From assembly GCA_963812605.1 (NCBI GenBank), contig CAWEWF010000005.1, positions 288,001 through 352,000 on the forward strand: a DNA stretch of 64,000 nt, written 5' to 3'. The position numbers and the translations under genes were made by a program. Shown here piece after piece: positions 1 to 9,963 of the stretch. The notes beneath the pieces are model-generated. The model was not told the origin of the DNA. It searched no databases and was given only the letters and a program-made list of their open reading frames with translations. The DNA comes from an uncultured Verrucomicrobiae bacterium (GTDB lineage Bacteria > Verrucomicrobiota > Verrucomicrobiia > Palsa-1439). Each line of letters starts with the position of its first letter. The first letter of the stretch is position 1.

Positions 1-220
1 GGTAGTGGGCGATTACCTGGCAGGGCCAAGCCACGAGCTGCCAACCGGAGGCGCGGGCGCAGCGTTTGCGGGGTTGACCGTGGATCAATTCCAACGGCGT
101 ACGAGCGTCATCGAATTTTCTCGCGCGGCATTGGCCAAATCCCTGCCAGCGTTGGAAGCGTTTGGAGAGGCGGAAGGTTTGGACGCACACGTCGCCTCGG
201 CGCGGGTCAGGTTTCGATGA
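1..220 (+). CDS. hisD: Histidinol dehydrogenase, C-terminal part (5' truncated by window)
   Basis: GDYLAGPSHELPTGG...EGLDAH motifs; stop overlaps the hisC ATG. Confidence 0.93.
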   Translation, partial: VVGDYLAGPSHELPTGGAGAAFAGLTVDQFQRRTSVIEFSRAALAKSLPALEAFGEAEGLDAHVASARVRFR

Positions 221-1268
221 GCTACATCCGCCGGCAAGTTGAGCGGATGAGCGCGTACACACCCGGAGAGCAGCCGAAGGTCCGGGCCTCATCAAGCTCA
301 ACACCAATGAGAACCCATATCCGCCATCGCCGAAAGTCCTGGAGACGTTGCGCGGAGCGATTGACGGGAAGCTGCGGTTGTATCCCGACCCGACGTCCTC
401 CGCGCTACGGACGAAGCTTGGCAAGATTCATGGGTTTGACCCCGAGCAAATCATCATCGGCAACGGTTGCGACGATATTCTTAATCTCTCTGTGCGCGCC
501 TTCTGCGGCGAATGCGAGAAGCTGGCGTACTTCTGGCCCAGCTATTCGCTGTACCCCGTGCTGGCGAACATTCAGGGCGCAACGCCGGTCGAATTGCCGC
601 TCGATGTGAACTTTCAGATCGAGGTGCACCCGCCGTTGCTCGCAAAACTCACGGGGGTGAAGCTGGTATTCATCACGCAACCGAACGCGCCGAGTGGCGT
701 GTGGTTACAACGCGTGGGACTGCAGCGCGTGATTGAGGAGACGAAGGGGGTCGTCGTGATTGACGAAGCCTATGTGGACTTCGCGTCGGAGAACTGTCTC
801 GATCTCGTGAACGAGTACGACAACGTGATCGTCGCGCGGACGTTTTCGAAAGCGTTTTCGTTTGCGGGCATGCGCGTCGGTTGGGCGGCCGGTCCGCGCG
901 AGTTGATCGCCGCACTCAACAAAGTGAAGGACAGTTACAATGTCAGCCGCCTGAGCCAACTTGGCGCGGAGGCCATGCTGGAAGAATGGGATTACTTCCG
1001 ACAGAACGTGAAGAAGATTTGTGCCACGCGAGAGCGGACAGCGGCGGCACTCGCCAAACTCGGTTTCTTTGTTTATCCTTCGCAAACGAATTTCGTATTC
1101 GCCAGGCCACCATCGCCATTGACCGCGAAGCAATGGTTCGACGGACTGCGAGCGAAAAATATTCTCGTGCGCTGGTGGGACGCTGATCGCATCCGCGATT
1201 TTGCGCGGGTCAGCATCGGCACGGAGGAAGAAATGGACAAATTTCTGGCGCAACGACTGTCATTCTGA
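217..1268 (+). CDS. hisC: Histidinol-phosphate aminotransferase (one frameshift near 280, probably an assembly error)
   Basis: YTPGEQP in the first frame; KLNTNENPYP, DEAY and RTFSKAFSFAGMRVG in the second frame. Confidence 0.93.
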
Positions 1269-1335
1269 GCGAAGCGAAGAATCTCAGTCGTAAAGAAGGA
1301 AACGACAGAGACCCTTCGACAGGCTCAGGGTGACA
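1258..1335. repeat. REP-like palindromic element (TGTCATTCTGAGC...GCTCAGGGTGACA)
   Basis: Imperfect inverted repeat with inner hairpin GTCGT..ACGAC; contains the hisC stop codon. Confidence 0.75.
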
Positions 1336-1353
1336 GAGAAGAGGAAGGAAACT

Positions 1354-1971
1354 GTGAAGAAGCGAATAGCTAGTTGTCATCGAAAGACGAAGGAGACAGA
1401 CATCTTCGTTAGGTTGAGTATTGACGGCAGAGGCAAGTCGAAGGTGTCAACGGGCATTCCGTTCTTCGATCACATGCTCACGCTGCTGGCAAAACATTCG
1501 TTGTGCGATTTGACCATTACCGCGAGGGGCGATGTCGATGTGGACGCGCATCACACCGTCGAGGATATCGGCATTGCGCTCGGACAGGCATTCGTGAAGG
1601 CGCTCGGCGACAAGCGCGGGATTCGACGCTATGGCTGGGCATTGATTCCAATGGACGAGACGCTGGCGCAAGCGCGCATTGCGCTGGATTTCAGTAATCG
1701 CCCATTCCTCGTGTTTGAGGCGAAGAACTGGAATCGCATCGCGAATGTGTCGCTCGGGCGGAAAAAGGAATTTCGTGTCGGTCTCGTGAAAGAATTCTTA
1801 CAAGGGTTCGCCAACGAGGCGCGGTGCAATCTGCACGTGGATGTATTACGGGGTGACGAACCGCATCACGTAGTGGAAGCGATCTTCAAGGCGTTGGCAA
1901 AAGCGCTGGATATGGCCTGTCAGCGGGATCCGCGTGTTAAGGGCGTGCCGAGCACCAAGGGCAGGTTGTAG
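1354..1971 (+). CDS. hisB: Imidazoleglycerol-phosphate dehydratase
   Basis: RKTKET, FFDHML, HHTVED, HHVVEAIFKA, PSTKG; GTG start after a purine-rich SD. Confidence 0.96.
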   Translation: MKKRIASCHRKTKETDIFVRLSIDGRGKSKVSTGIPFFDHMLTLLAKHSLCDLTITARGDVDVDAHHTVEDIGIALGQAFVKALGDKRGIRRYGWALIPMDETLAQARIALDFSNRPFLVFEAKNWNRIANVSLGRKKEFRVGLVKEFLQGFANEARCNLHVDVLRGDEPHHVVEAIFKALAKALDMACQRDPRVKGVPSTKGRL

Positions 1972-2015
1972 TCGCGACTATTACCGGGTTGCCGCGAAAA
2001 GGTTTCGCGGCTACA
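1967..2015. repeat. GTAG-type REP-like inverted repeat between convergent hisB and dinB
   Basis: TGTAGTCGCGA...TCGCGGCTACA; its TAG and CTA are the stop codons of both genes. Confidence 0.7.
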
Positions 2016-3405
2016 CAAACTTCGAAGTACGGCTGGTAGAACGGCCCCAGGTGCGGGGCAGAGGCAGCGGCGCGGCGGGAAGCTCGCCCTCCAGCGGCTT
2101 CCATTCGTCCTCGTAAACCAAATCGAGCATGGCCTCGGGGATTTTGTCCATTTTGATTTCCATTTCACGCTGCGGCATAAATGGGCATTTGGGTTTGTCG
2201 CCGACAAGATAGGCGGCTTCTTTTTCGAGTAACAAACGCGTGCCGGTCTTGACGCAACGCTTGCCGTAGCGCGCCTCGACTGCTTCCAGCGCGTGGTGCA
2301 GTTCGCGGCGCTTGAATTCCACGTCGTGATTGAAGAAGTTGGGCTCCAATTCCAGCGGTTGCAGGTTCCAGAAGTTGATGCAGACCTGGCGGATCGGTTG
2401 CTCTGCGTGCGCGGTAAGTTCGTTGAACAATCGCTCCACCTGCGGATTGATGAGCCGCGGTTCGAACTGCGCCGTGGGGAATTTCACGTTGGCGCCATTG
2501 CCTTCATGGTTTTTAAAGCGTACGTAGATCCCCATCTCACGAGCCTTGAGGTTCTCGCGAAAGAACGTCGTCACGACCTTTTCCGCCTGGTCGAGCAGGA
2601 ACAGCAGGGCGGTTTCATAGTCCGGCTCGTCATAGGGCAGGGTGGTGGCGCTGCCGATGCAGGTGCGCGGCTTGTGGGCCAGCGACAACCGTTCGCGCAA
2701 TTGGCCGCTGGAGAGCAGCCACAATTCGAGGCCAAAAAATCCGTAGCGTTTCTCCAGCAATCCCAACGGCAGGTGAGCAATATCGCCCAGCGTCCAAATC
2801 CCCAGCGCCCGCAGAGAGCACGCCCGTCGGGTCGCGATACCCATTAGCTTCTGGATGGGAATATCGCGGAGAAATTCGCGCTCCTCGTCCTCCTTCACTT
2901 CGCGAAAGCCGTCGGGTTTGCAATGCTCCGTCGCCAGCTTCGCCAGCCAGCGCGAGGAACCCAGCCCCATCGACACCGGGACATCGACTTCCTCGGCCAG
3001 CTCGCGCTTCATGCGCGCGACCAGTTCCGCCGGAGTGCGACACCGAAACACGGCGGGCGAATCAGTAAAGTCCAGGTACCCCTCATCGATCGAGGTGGGC
3101 ACGAGCAAGGGAGTGTAGTAGCGCACGCGTCGGAAGATTTCCAGCGATAACCGCCGATACTCGTCGTAGTGCGGAGGCACCAACACACCGTCGGGACATT
3201 TGTGCTTCGCCTCGAAACACGCCATGCCGGTGAGGATGCCGTAGGCCTTGGCGAGGTAGTTGGCCGCGATCACGATGCCATCGCCCCGCCGTCCGCCGCC
3301 GACAAAGACCGGCTTCTTCTTCAGCTTCTTATCGAGCGCCATCTCACAAGAAGCGAAGAACGAATCGCCGTCAACATGAAGGATTCGTTGAGGTCGCAGC
3401 CGCAT
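2011..3405 (-). CDS. dinB: Y-family DNA polymerase IV (DinB-like)
   Basis: HVDGDSFFASCE, AANYLAKAYGI, SIDEGYLD, LAKLATEHCKPDG. Confidence 0.9.
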   Translation of the reverse strand: MRLRPQRILHVDGDSFFASCEMALDKKLKKKPVFVGGGRRGDGIVIAANYLAKAYGILTGMACFEAKHKCPDGVLVPPHYDEYRRLSLEIFRRVRYYTPLLVPTSIDEGYLDFTDSPAVFRCRTPAELVARMKRELAEEVDVPVSMGLGSSRWLAKLATEHCKPDGFREVKEDEEREFLRDIPIQKLMGIATRRACSLRALGIWTLGDIAHLPLGLLEKRYGFFGLELWLLSSGQLRERLSLAHKPRTCIGSATTLPYDEPDYETALLFLLDQAEKVVTTFFRENLKAREMGIYVRFKNHEGNGANVKFPTAQFEPRLINPQVERLFNELTAHAEQPIRQVCINFWNLQPLELEPNFFNHDVEFKRRELHHALEAVEARYGKRCVKTGTRLLLEKEAAYLVGDKPKCPFMPQREMEIKMDKIPEAMLDLVYEDEWKPLEGELPAAPLPLPRTWGRSTSRTSKFV

Positions 3406-3442
3406 ACCACACAAATGTGTGGTATTGGGTGGGGAGTGTCAA
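3404..3442 (-). promoter_or_regulatory. sigma70-type dinB promoter with overlapping 22-bp palindromic operator
   Basis: TTGACA (3442-3437), N17, CACATT (3419-3414); ATACCACACA-AA-TGTGTGGTAT at 3404-3425. Confidence 0.6.
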
Positions 3443-3463
3443 GTGGTCAAATGACGGAAGGGG

Positions 3464-3904
3464 CTATCTGCTAGTCATTCCGATGTAACTGATGGTCGGT
3501 GGCTCGGGTGTGACAACATCCACCAGATCATTGAGACAATATATTCCGTAATGAAAAAGAGGACGACGATGGACATCGCTAAAGAATGTAGACTTCTCAG
3601 TAAAGTCGAGGAATTGGGACTTTTGGTAACGGCGGAAACTAGTCCCTTCAAAGACCTCATCATCGCGGGCGCTGAAATACCCCTCATCCCTCACCATAAA
3701 AGTAAGATACTTTGGAAAAGAAATTTCGAATGTTTCTGACTCAGCTAAAACTAAGGGCGCAGACAGGATATCTCTCACATGCTTGCCAAGAATCTCAGGC
3801 ACCGGTTGGTTCCCAGCAGCATGACGGACGACCGCAACCAGCCTTTGGTTTGGCTGCCATCGAAGTTCTACCAGGAGCAAATGTTTTTGGAGCCGCTCGA
3901 ACAC
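3464..3904 (-). CDS. Hypothetical protein (lower GC)
   Basis: 146-aa ORF, co-oriented with neighbours, AT-richer than the flanks. Confidence 0.6.
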   Translation of the reverse strand: MFERLQKHLLLVELRWQPNQRLVAVVRHAAGNQPVPEILGKHVRDILSAPLVLAESETFEISFPKYLTFMVRDEGYFSARDDEVFEGTSFRRYQKSQFLDFTEKSTFFSDVHRRPLFHYGIYCLNDLVDVVTPEPPTISYIGMTSR

Positions 3905-3957
3905 AGTGTTCTCTTAGCCCAATCAGCGGACAGGTAGCAAGAACTTGTTGTTTGGCT

Positions 3958-4548
3958 CTAATCCGACAAATTCCCGTGCATGGTTTGTGAATGCGGTTTC
4001 GCGCCGGCGTTATCCACCATCAAGTGAAACGTCGTGCCGGCGTGGTAGGCGAGGCGCTTTGAGAGCAGGGATTCTATGCGCTCGATGAGCGGGCCGGTCA
4101 ATTCTTCGATCTCGTCGGCGCGGATGCGGACGGTTGGATTGAGGCCCTGTTTTGGCGGGAGAAGATCAGCGAGCACATCGGCCTGGGCGATGGCGGCGTC
4201 GCCGGAGGTTTGGTCAGCATGGTAACGGCGCACATCGAAGTTCAGCGGTGTGTCGGACGGGTAGTTGGCGAATGTCGCGGCGCGTTCGCGGGTGCAATGC
4301 GGCGCGTCGTCGAACTGCACAAGGCAATGGAGTGGGGCGGGAAGGTAGAGGTCGGCGACAATAGTGACGTGATTTGGGGTGCGGGAACTTGTTCCCGCTT
4401 TGGTGTTCTCTGAAAGCGCCGACAAGTCGGCGCACTCCAAAACGAACTGCTTGTTGCGCTCGGCTTCGACGTTGAAACGCTGCCGCATGAGGGACGCGAC
4501 GGCATCCAGCACGGAGTCCTTCGTGATCTTCACAATGACTTCAGGCAA
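3958..4548 (-). CDS. Hypothetical protein, possibly a degenerate PD-(D/E)xK-like fold
   Basis: ADLYLP...VQFDDAPHCT...DLLPP.QGLNPTVRI resembles a 'DFxLP..EFDExQHFT' family; overlaps the upstream stop. Confidence 0.6.
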   Translation of the reverse strand: MPEVIVKITKDSVLDAVASLMRQRFNVEAERNKQFVLECADLSALSENTKAGTSSRTPNHVTIVADLYLPAPLHCLVQFDDAPHCTRERAATFANYPSDTPLNFDVRRYHADQTSGDAAIAQADVLADLLPPKQGLNPTVRIRADEIEELTGPLIERIESLLSKRLAYHAGTTFHLMVDNAGAKPHSQTMHGNLSD

Positions 4549-5618
4549 TCGTCGAGCATGGCGTGCAATTGCCCAACGGTCTCGGGAGTTTCGTCGCCCA
4601 TGTGCGCGAGGCGGAAGCTCTTGCCCTTGATCGGGCCGTAGCCGCCGTCGATGAGGACCTTGTATTTGTCCTTGAGCGCTTTTTGCAACTTGGCGACGTC
4701 GATGTTCTTATTGTTTTTGACGCAGGTCAGCGTGATAGATTCGTAGCCCGCCTTCGGAAACAACTCGAAGCCGTTTGCTTTGGCCCACGCACGGGTCATC
4801 TGCGCCATCTTGAGATGCCGCGCATAGCGGTTCTCGAGTCCTTCTTTCCCAAACTGATCGAGTTTGAAGTTCAACCCGTAAATGTGCGAAATGCTCGGCG
4901 TGGACGGCGTCATGTTCTTGTCGTGGTTTGCCTTGAACTCGAGGAAATCGAAGTAGTATCCCCGGCCGGAAATTGTCTCCGCTCTTTTTAACGCTCGCTC
5001 GCTCACAGCAAATACAGACAATCCCGGTGGCATCGCCCACGCCTTCTGCACGCCCGCGAGCAACACGTCAATGCCCAGCGCATCGGTGTCAATCTTCAGG
5101 GCGGTCATCGAGCTGACGGTGTCCACAATAAACATCACGTCGGGATATTTCTTCACGACCTGTGCGATCTCCGTCAAGGGACTCATAACGCCGGTCGAGG
5201 TTTCATTATGCACGAGCGTGATGGCGTCGAACTGGCCGGTCTTCAATTTCGCCTCAACCATTTCCGGCAGGATCGGCTGGCCCCATTCGACCTTGAGCGC
5301 CTCGGCTTGTTTGCCACAGCGTTGGCTCACATCGAGCCATTTGTCGGAAAACGCGCCGCAGGAACAATTGAGCACTTTCCTGGCGACAAGATTGCGGATG
5401 GACGCTTCCATCACGCCCCACGCGGACGAAGTGGAAAGGAAAACGGGGTTCTTCGTATAGAGCACCTGCCGCAGCTTCGGTTGGATGGCGCCGTACAGAT
5501 CCTGAAATCCGCTGCCACGATGACCGATCATCGGCTGGCTCATTGCCTGGAAGGTATCTTCGCTAACCTCCACGGGGCCAGGGATAAACAACTTTACGTG
5601 CGGCTTGGTCATGGGCAT
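4530..5618 (-). CDS. Class V PLP aminotransferase (alanine-glyoxylate/serine-pyruvate type)
   Basis: LFIPGPV, HNETSTG, VDTVSS, GVQKAW, TPSTP, FRLAHMG. Confidence 0.92.
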   Translation of the reverse strand: MPMTKPHVKLFIPGPVEVSEDTFQAMSQPMIGHRGSGFQDLYGAIQPKLRQVLYTKNPVFLSTSSAWGVMEASIRNLVARKVLNCSCGAFSDKWLDVSQRCGKQAEALKVEWGQPILPEMVEAKLKTGQFDAITLVHNETSTGVMSPLTEIAQVVKKYPDVMFIVDTVSSMTALKIDTDALGIDVLLAGVQKAWAMPPGLSVFAVSERALKRAETISGRGYYFDFLEFKANHDKNMTPSTPSISHIYGLNFKLDQFGKEGLENRYARHLKMAQMTRAWAKANGFELFPKAGYESITLTCVKNNKNIDVAKLQKALKDKYKVLIDGGYGPIKGKSFRLAHMGDETPETVGQLHAMLDDCLKSL

Positions 5619-5711
5619 TTTCCTCTCTTTTCTCGTGACAAACGGGGCAAGCCAATGAGTATAATGTTTCGCAGTAAATCTCAACCCTTTTTGCGAGCGA
5701 GAGGCCAAGCA

Positions 5712-6848
5712 ATGCCAAAGACCCTGAATGTCGGGATGATCGGGTACAAATTCATGGGCCGCACGCATTCCAATGCCTGGCTGAAAGCGGACAAATTCTT
5801 CGACCTCAAGGCCCGTCCCATTATGAAGGTCATTTGTGGCCGCGACAGGACCGGCGTGATGAATGCCTGTAGCCGCTGGGGCTGGAGCCAGTTCGCGACG
5901 GATTGGCGCGAAGTCGTCAATGATCCGACCATCGACATCGTCGACATCAATACCCCCAACGACACACATGCCGAGATCGCCATTGCCGCCGCCAAGGCCC
6001 GCAAAGCGATCCTTTGCGAAAAACCCCTCGCGATGGATGTGAAGCAGGCCAGACAGATGGTCGACGCGGTGAAGAAGGCCGGGGTCGTCAACATGGTCTG
6101 CCACAACTACCGACGGATTCCCGCCATCGTCCTGGCGAAGAAGATGATCGCCGCGGGCGACCTCGGCAGGATTTACCATTATCGCGCCCGCTATGCACAG
6201 GATTGGATCGTTGATCCAAACTTCCCGCTCGTCTGGCGGCTACAGAGCAAGATTGCCGGCTCCGGCGCGCACGGGGACATCAATGCCCATATCATCGATC
6301 TCGGTCGCTATCTCATCGGCGAGTTCAGCGAAGTGTGCGGACTGATGGAAACCTTTATTAAGGAACGTCCGCTGCCAGGCGAGTCGAGCAAAAAGGGAAA
6401 GGTTACCGTTGATGATGCGGTCATGTTCGTCGGCCGCTTTGAGAATGGCGCGCTCGCGAACGTCGAGGCGACGCGTTTTGCGCTGGGCCGCAAGAACGGC
6501 ATTCAAATTGAGATCAACGGCAGCAAAGGTTCACTCGTTTTCGATTTCGAGGAGATGAACCGGTTGAAGTATTACAACGAAGCCGATCCCGAGGATCGGC
6601 GAGGCTTTCGGGACATTTTGGTCACCCAGGGCGGCGGGGTGCATCCGTACGTCGGCAACTGGTGGCCACCGGGCCACATCATCGGTTATGAACATACCTT
6701 CGTCCACACCATCGCCGACTTTATCAACGCGGTCGTGGACAAACATTCCGTCCAGCCAACTTTCGAGGATGGGCTCGCGGACCAGATTGTGCTCGATGCC
6801 GTCGAAAAATCTGCCAAAACGCGGAAATGGGTCACCATTGGAAAATGA
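5712..6848 (+). CDS. Gfo/Idh/MocA family oxidoreductase
   Basis: GMIGYKFMG, CEKPLA, GAHGDINAH, WWPPGHIIGYEH. Confidence 0.92.
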   Translation: MPKTLNVGMIGYKFMGRTHSNAWLKADKFFDLKARPIMKVICGRDRTGVMNACSRWGWSQFATDWREVVNDPTIDIVDINTPNDTHAEIAIAAAKARKAILCEKPLAMDVKQARQMVDAVKKAGVVNMVCHNYRRIPAIVLAKKMIAAGDLGRIYHYRARYAQDWIVDPNFPLVWRLQSKIAGSGAHGDINAHIIDLGRYLIGEFSEVCGLMETFIKERPLPGESSKKGKVTVDDAVMFVGRFENGALANVEATRFALGRKNGIQIEINGSKGSLVFDFEEMNRLKYYNEADPEDRRGFRDILVTQGGGVHPYVGNWWPPGHIIGYEHTFVHTIADFINAVVDKHSVQPTFEDGLADQIVLDAVEKSAKTRKWVTIGK

Positions 6849-6852
6849 TTGA

Positions 6853-7722
6853 ATGACCTGGAGCGAAATACTCGGGGTTTTTACCAAGCCGCTGTTTCAA
6901 CTGGGGCAGACATGGATCTCGCTGGCGACGATCGTGGAGTTCGTCGTCGTCGTCTCGATTGTTGTCCTGCTGTCGCGGCTGGTGCGCCGCCTTTTGCGCA
7001 CGCGGGTCCTCTCACGCACGAAGCTCGCCGTGGGCCAACAATACGCCATCGCACGGATCGTCAGCTATATCGTGCTGGTGTTGGGCTTGCTCATTGGTGT
7101 GGAAACGGTGGGGGTGAACCTCAGTTCCCTGGCGGTCCTCGCGGGCGCCCTGGGCGTGGGGATCGGCTTCGGGCTTCAGAACATCGTCAACAACTTTGTG
7201 AGCGGGCTGATCATCCTGGCCGAACGGCCCATCCAGATTGGCGACCGGATTGATTTGGGCAACAACACGGTGGGGAAGGTTGAGCGCATCGGCGCTCGCG
7301 CCACGCACGTCTTGACCAATGACAACATCTTGATCATTGTGCCGAATTCGGAGTTCGTTTCCAGCCGTGTCGTTAACTGGACACACATCGACCCGCGCGT
7401 ACGCTTTCGCATCGAAGTTGGGGTCGGTTACGGCAGTGATCCGCACGTGGTGGAAAAGCTTCTCCTGGAAGTTGCCGACGGCAACCCGAATATCCTCAAG
7501 AACCCTCCGCCAACGGTGGTCTTCAAGGCATTCGGCGAGAGTTCGCTCAACTTCGAACTGCGGGTATGGTCGGCGGACATGGCGCACCGGGCAGGTTCAC
7601 TCGAAAGCCAGTTGAACTTCGCCATCTGGGACAAGTTCAAGCAGCAGGGGATTGAGATTCCATTCCCTCAACGCGATCTGCGCATCCGGGAGCCCGTCCG
7701 CGTCGAGGTCAAATCGGTGTAG
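6853..7722 (+). CDS. Small-conductance mechanosensitive channel (MscS family)
   Basis: GALGVGIGFGLQNIVNNFVSG, IGARAT, IPFPQRD. Confidence 0.93.
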   Translation: MTWSEILGVFTKPLFQLGQTWISLATIVEFVVVVSIVVLLSRLVRRLLRTRVLSRTKLAVGQQYAIARIVSYIVLVLGLLIGVETVGVNLSSLAVLAGALGVGIGFGLQNIVNNFVSGLIILAERPIQIGDRIDLGNNTVGKVERIGARATHVLTNDNILIIVPNSEFVSSRVVNWTHIDPRVRFRIEVGVGYGSDPHVVEKLLLEVADGNPNILKNPPPTVVFKAFGESSLNFELRVWSADMAHRAGSLESQLNFAIWDKFKQQGIEIPFPQRDLRIREPVRVEVKSV

Positions 7723-7998
7723 ACGGTGACTGCTGTCCGGCTGGGAAAAGAAGGAGCGCAGCCGCAGGTGAGTTCACCGAGTCGTGAACGAGGCATTTTT
7801 GTTTCTTGTTATTGCCTCTCCCTAACGGCTGCGCCCTAGTGAAAACGGCGGTCAAAAGAACGATCTCACACTGAAAAGCTCCCGCTTGGTCAACCACAAC
7901 TCCGCGTATCATCATCCACCATGTTCTGACATTTTGCAAGTGTCCGGCCCATTTCACACTCACGTTGCCTGTCTATCTTACATGGTGAAAACCGCTTA

Positions 7999-9636
7999 CT
8001 ATTGTCCTATATCGATTCGATAAAATTCTGGTGATTGTGTCGCGCCACCGAAATTGGTCAATGTTACCGCGCTACCGGTACCGGTCACTGTCGCGCCGAC
8101 CACGTTGCTCCAGTTGCCCGAAGTCAATGAACTGCGGGATTGAAGTTGATACGATTGGCCGTTCACGGAGGGGGCGGTGACGACAACATTCGAGCCCGTT
8201 AACTGGATAGCGCTGATCTGCGTAAGGGTCGGGTTGGACGAAGCGCTTAGAGCCAGATTATTGTAAAACGCATAGAACTGAGTGCCCGTGCCCCCATTGA
8301 AGTCAAACAGGCGAACCTGGGTAATGGCGGCGCCTGAGATTCCTTCCAACGGAATGCCATTTGTGCGGAAGAAACTCGCGTTCCCATTGAGTTCGTAGAT
8401 GGCCACGTTCATCGTATCTGCGCTCGCGAGGGTGAAGGCGACTTGCAGGCCCGTGCCAGTAAACCCGAGATGAGTATCGATACCCCCCGCGCCATTCGTG
8501 TTCTGAACAATGTAGTCCGTAGTCCCGCCGACAAAGAAGAATTCGACGCGGGAATTGCCACCGGCGTCCTGCAGCGCGAACCCAACCGTGCCACCGCCAT
8601 TGATGAAGCCGTTCTCGAAATCCATCGTAAATGTTTGGCCGATAGAGAGGGGATTGGCAAGGGAGCGATTGGCGCTGGCGGTCTGCCCGTTGCTGGCCGT
8701 CAGACCGAACGCCTGGCCGGTGGTCGGCGAATTGATACCGGCATGACCGGCGCCGCCATTGGTCGTCGAATCACCGAGGAACTCATTGTTCTGGGTAAGA
8801 TCGTTGGTGGTATTGCCGAAACTCCATGCGCCAAAGCCTGCGCCGGCACTGCTGCCATTCGTCCAGCCGTTGGTGTAATTGCCGGCGATATCAAAGCCAC
8901 CAAGCTGGCTGGGCGGCACCGTGAGGGCCAGATTATTGTAGAACGCGTTGTTCGGAGCGCCCCCGCCGGAATTGAAATTAAACAGGCGAACCTGGGCGAT
9001 GGCCGAGCCCAGGGTTCCTTCCAGCGGAATGCCATTGGTAGTGAAGCTGTTCGTGTTCCCATTTAAACCGGTGATGGTCACGTTGATGGAATCGGCACTC
9101 GCGAGCGTGAACGTGAGATGCAGCCCTGTGTCGGTGAAAGGAATGCCTGTTGTAATGCCATTGGTGGTCTGAATTGTGTAGGCGGTTTGCCCGCCGATAA
9201 AGAAAAATTCCAGGCGGTTGTTGCCGGAAGGATCTTGCAATCCGATTCCCACAGTGCCGCCGCCGTTAATAAAGCCGTTTTCAAAATCGATGGAAAACGT
9301 TTGGCCGACGGCGAGCGGGCTGGCGAAAAGCAGCGGACGAGAGGCGCTGGCAGTCTGGCCACTGTTCGCGTAAAGGCCAAATGCCTTGCCGGTGATGGGC
9401 GAGTTGATTCCCGTGCCGTTGGTGTTTCCTCCGTTGTTGGTTGAATCGCCGAGGAACTCGCCATTCTGGCCTGCGTCATTGGTGCTGTTAGCCAGGGTCC
9501 AAGCGGCGAAACCGGTGCCATTATTGCTGCCGCTCACCCAGCCATTGGTGTAATTATCGGCGTTGTCAGAACCCTGGCCCCGTGCCGAAATCGCAGAGAG
9601 TGCAATCATCAAAAGTAGGGCTGAAAATTTTCTCAT
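7999..9636 (-). CDS. Secreted protein with two tandem ~215-aa beta-rich domains and a C-terminal 'FYR' domain
   Basis: Signal peptide MRKFSALLL..ARG|Q; duplicated NYTNGW..GF.AW..DFENGFINGGGTVG..QVRLF..YNNLAL. Confidence 0.85.
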   Translation of the reverse strand: MRKFSALLLMIALSAISARGQGSDNADNYTNGWVSGSNNGTGFAAWTLANSTNDAGQNGEFLGDSTNNGGNTNGTGINSPITGKAFGLYANSGQTASASRPLLFASPLAVGQTFSIDFENGFINGGGTVGIGLQDPSGNNRLEFFFIGGQTAYTIQTTNGITTGIPFTDTGLHLTFTLASADSINVTITGLNGNTNSFTTNGIPLEGTLGSAIAQVRLFNFNSGGGAPNNAFYNNLALTVPPSQLGGFDIAGNYTNGWTNGSSAGAGFGAWSFGNTTNDLTQNNEFLGDSTTNGGAGHAGINSPTTGQAFGLTASNGQTASANRSLANPLSIGQTFTMDFENGFINGGGTVGFALQDAGGNSRVEFFFVGGTTDYIVQNTNGAGGIDTHLGFTGTGLQVAFTLASADTMNVAIYELNGNASFFRTNGIPLEGISGAAITQVRLFDFNGGTGTQFYAFYNNLALSASSNPTLTQISAIQLTGSNVVVTAPSVNGQSYQLQSRSSLTSGNWSNVVGATVTGTGSAVTLTNFGGATQSPEFYRIDIGQ

Positions 9637-9963
9637 TTGGGAGTCTCCTTTCCGTGGAATACGCATGTGAAAGTAAAACGCTTAACTTGGGCATTCAATA
9701 ACGCATTTGGCACATCGCGTCAACACAATTCTGCCTCATCCGGTGGGTCAATCGTCCTTTCACACTTGTCATCGTTTTACACAGCCTGTATAGAAGCTAA
9801 CAGGCTGGTTACGTGGCAGTCTACGTTTTGACAAAAAGTTGTGATGTCGTAACATATTTGGCAGGAAGCGCCTGCATATAATCAAACGCGCAGTCGCACC
9901 GAGCGCGGTTTATTTCTTGCTAAACATGAAGCTGTTGTAACCCCCTTAAGGAGGAGGGATAAA

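Noticed and set aside
3899-3911. GAACACAGTGTTC as a LexA box
   Set aside because: The spacing (GAAC-N5-GTTC) fits neither the Firmicutes box nor the recalled verrucomicrobial box, and it lies ~500 bp from dinB.
9905-9922. GG-N10-GC sigma54-like site upstream of the DUF4032 gene
   Set aside because: The -24 box (CGGTTT) is far from the TGGCAC consensus.
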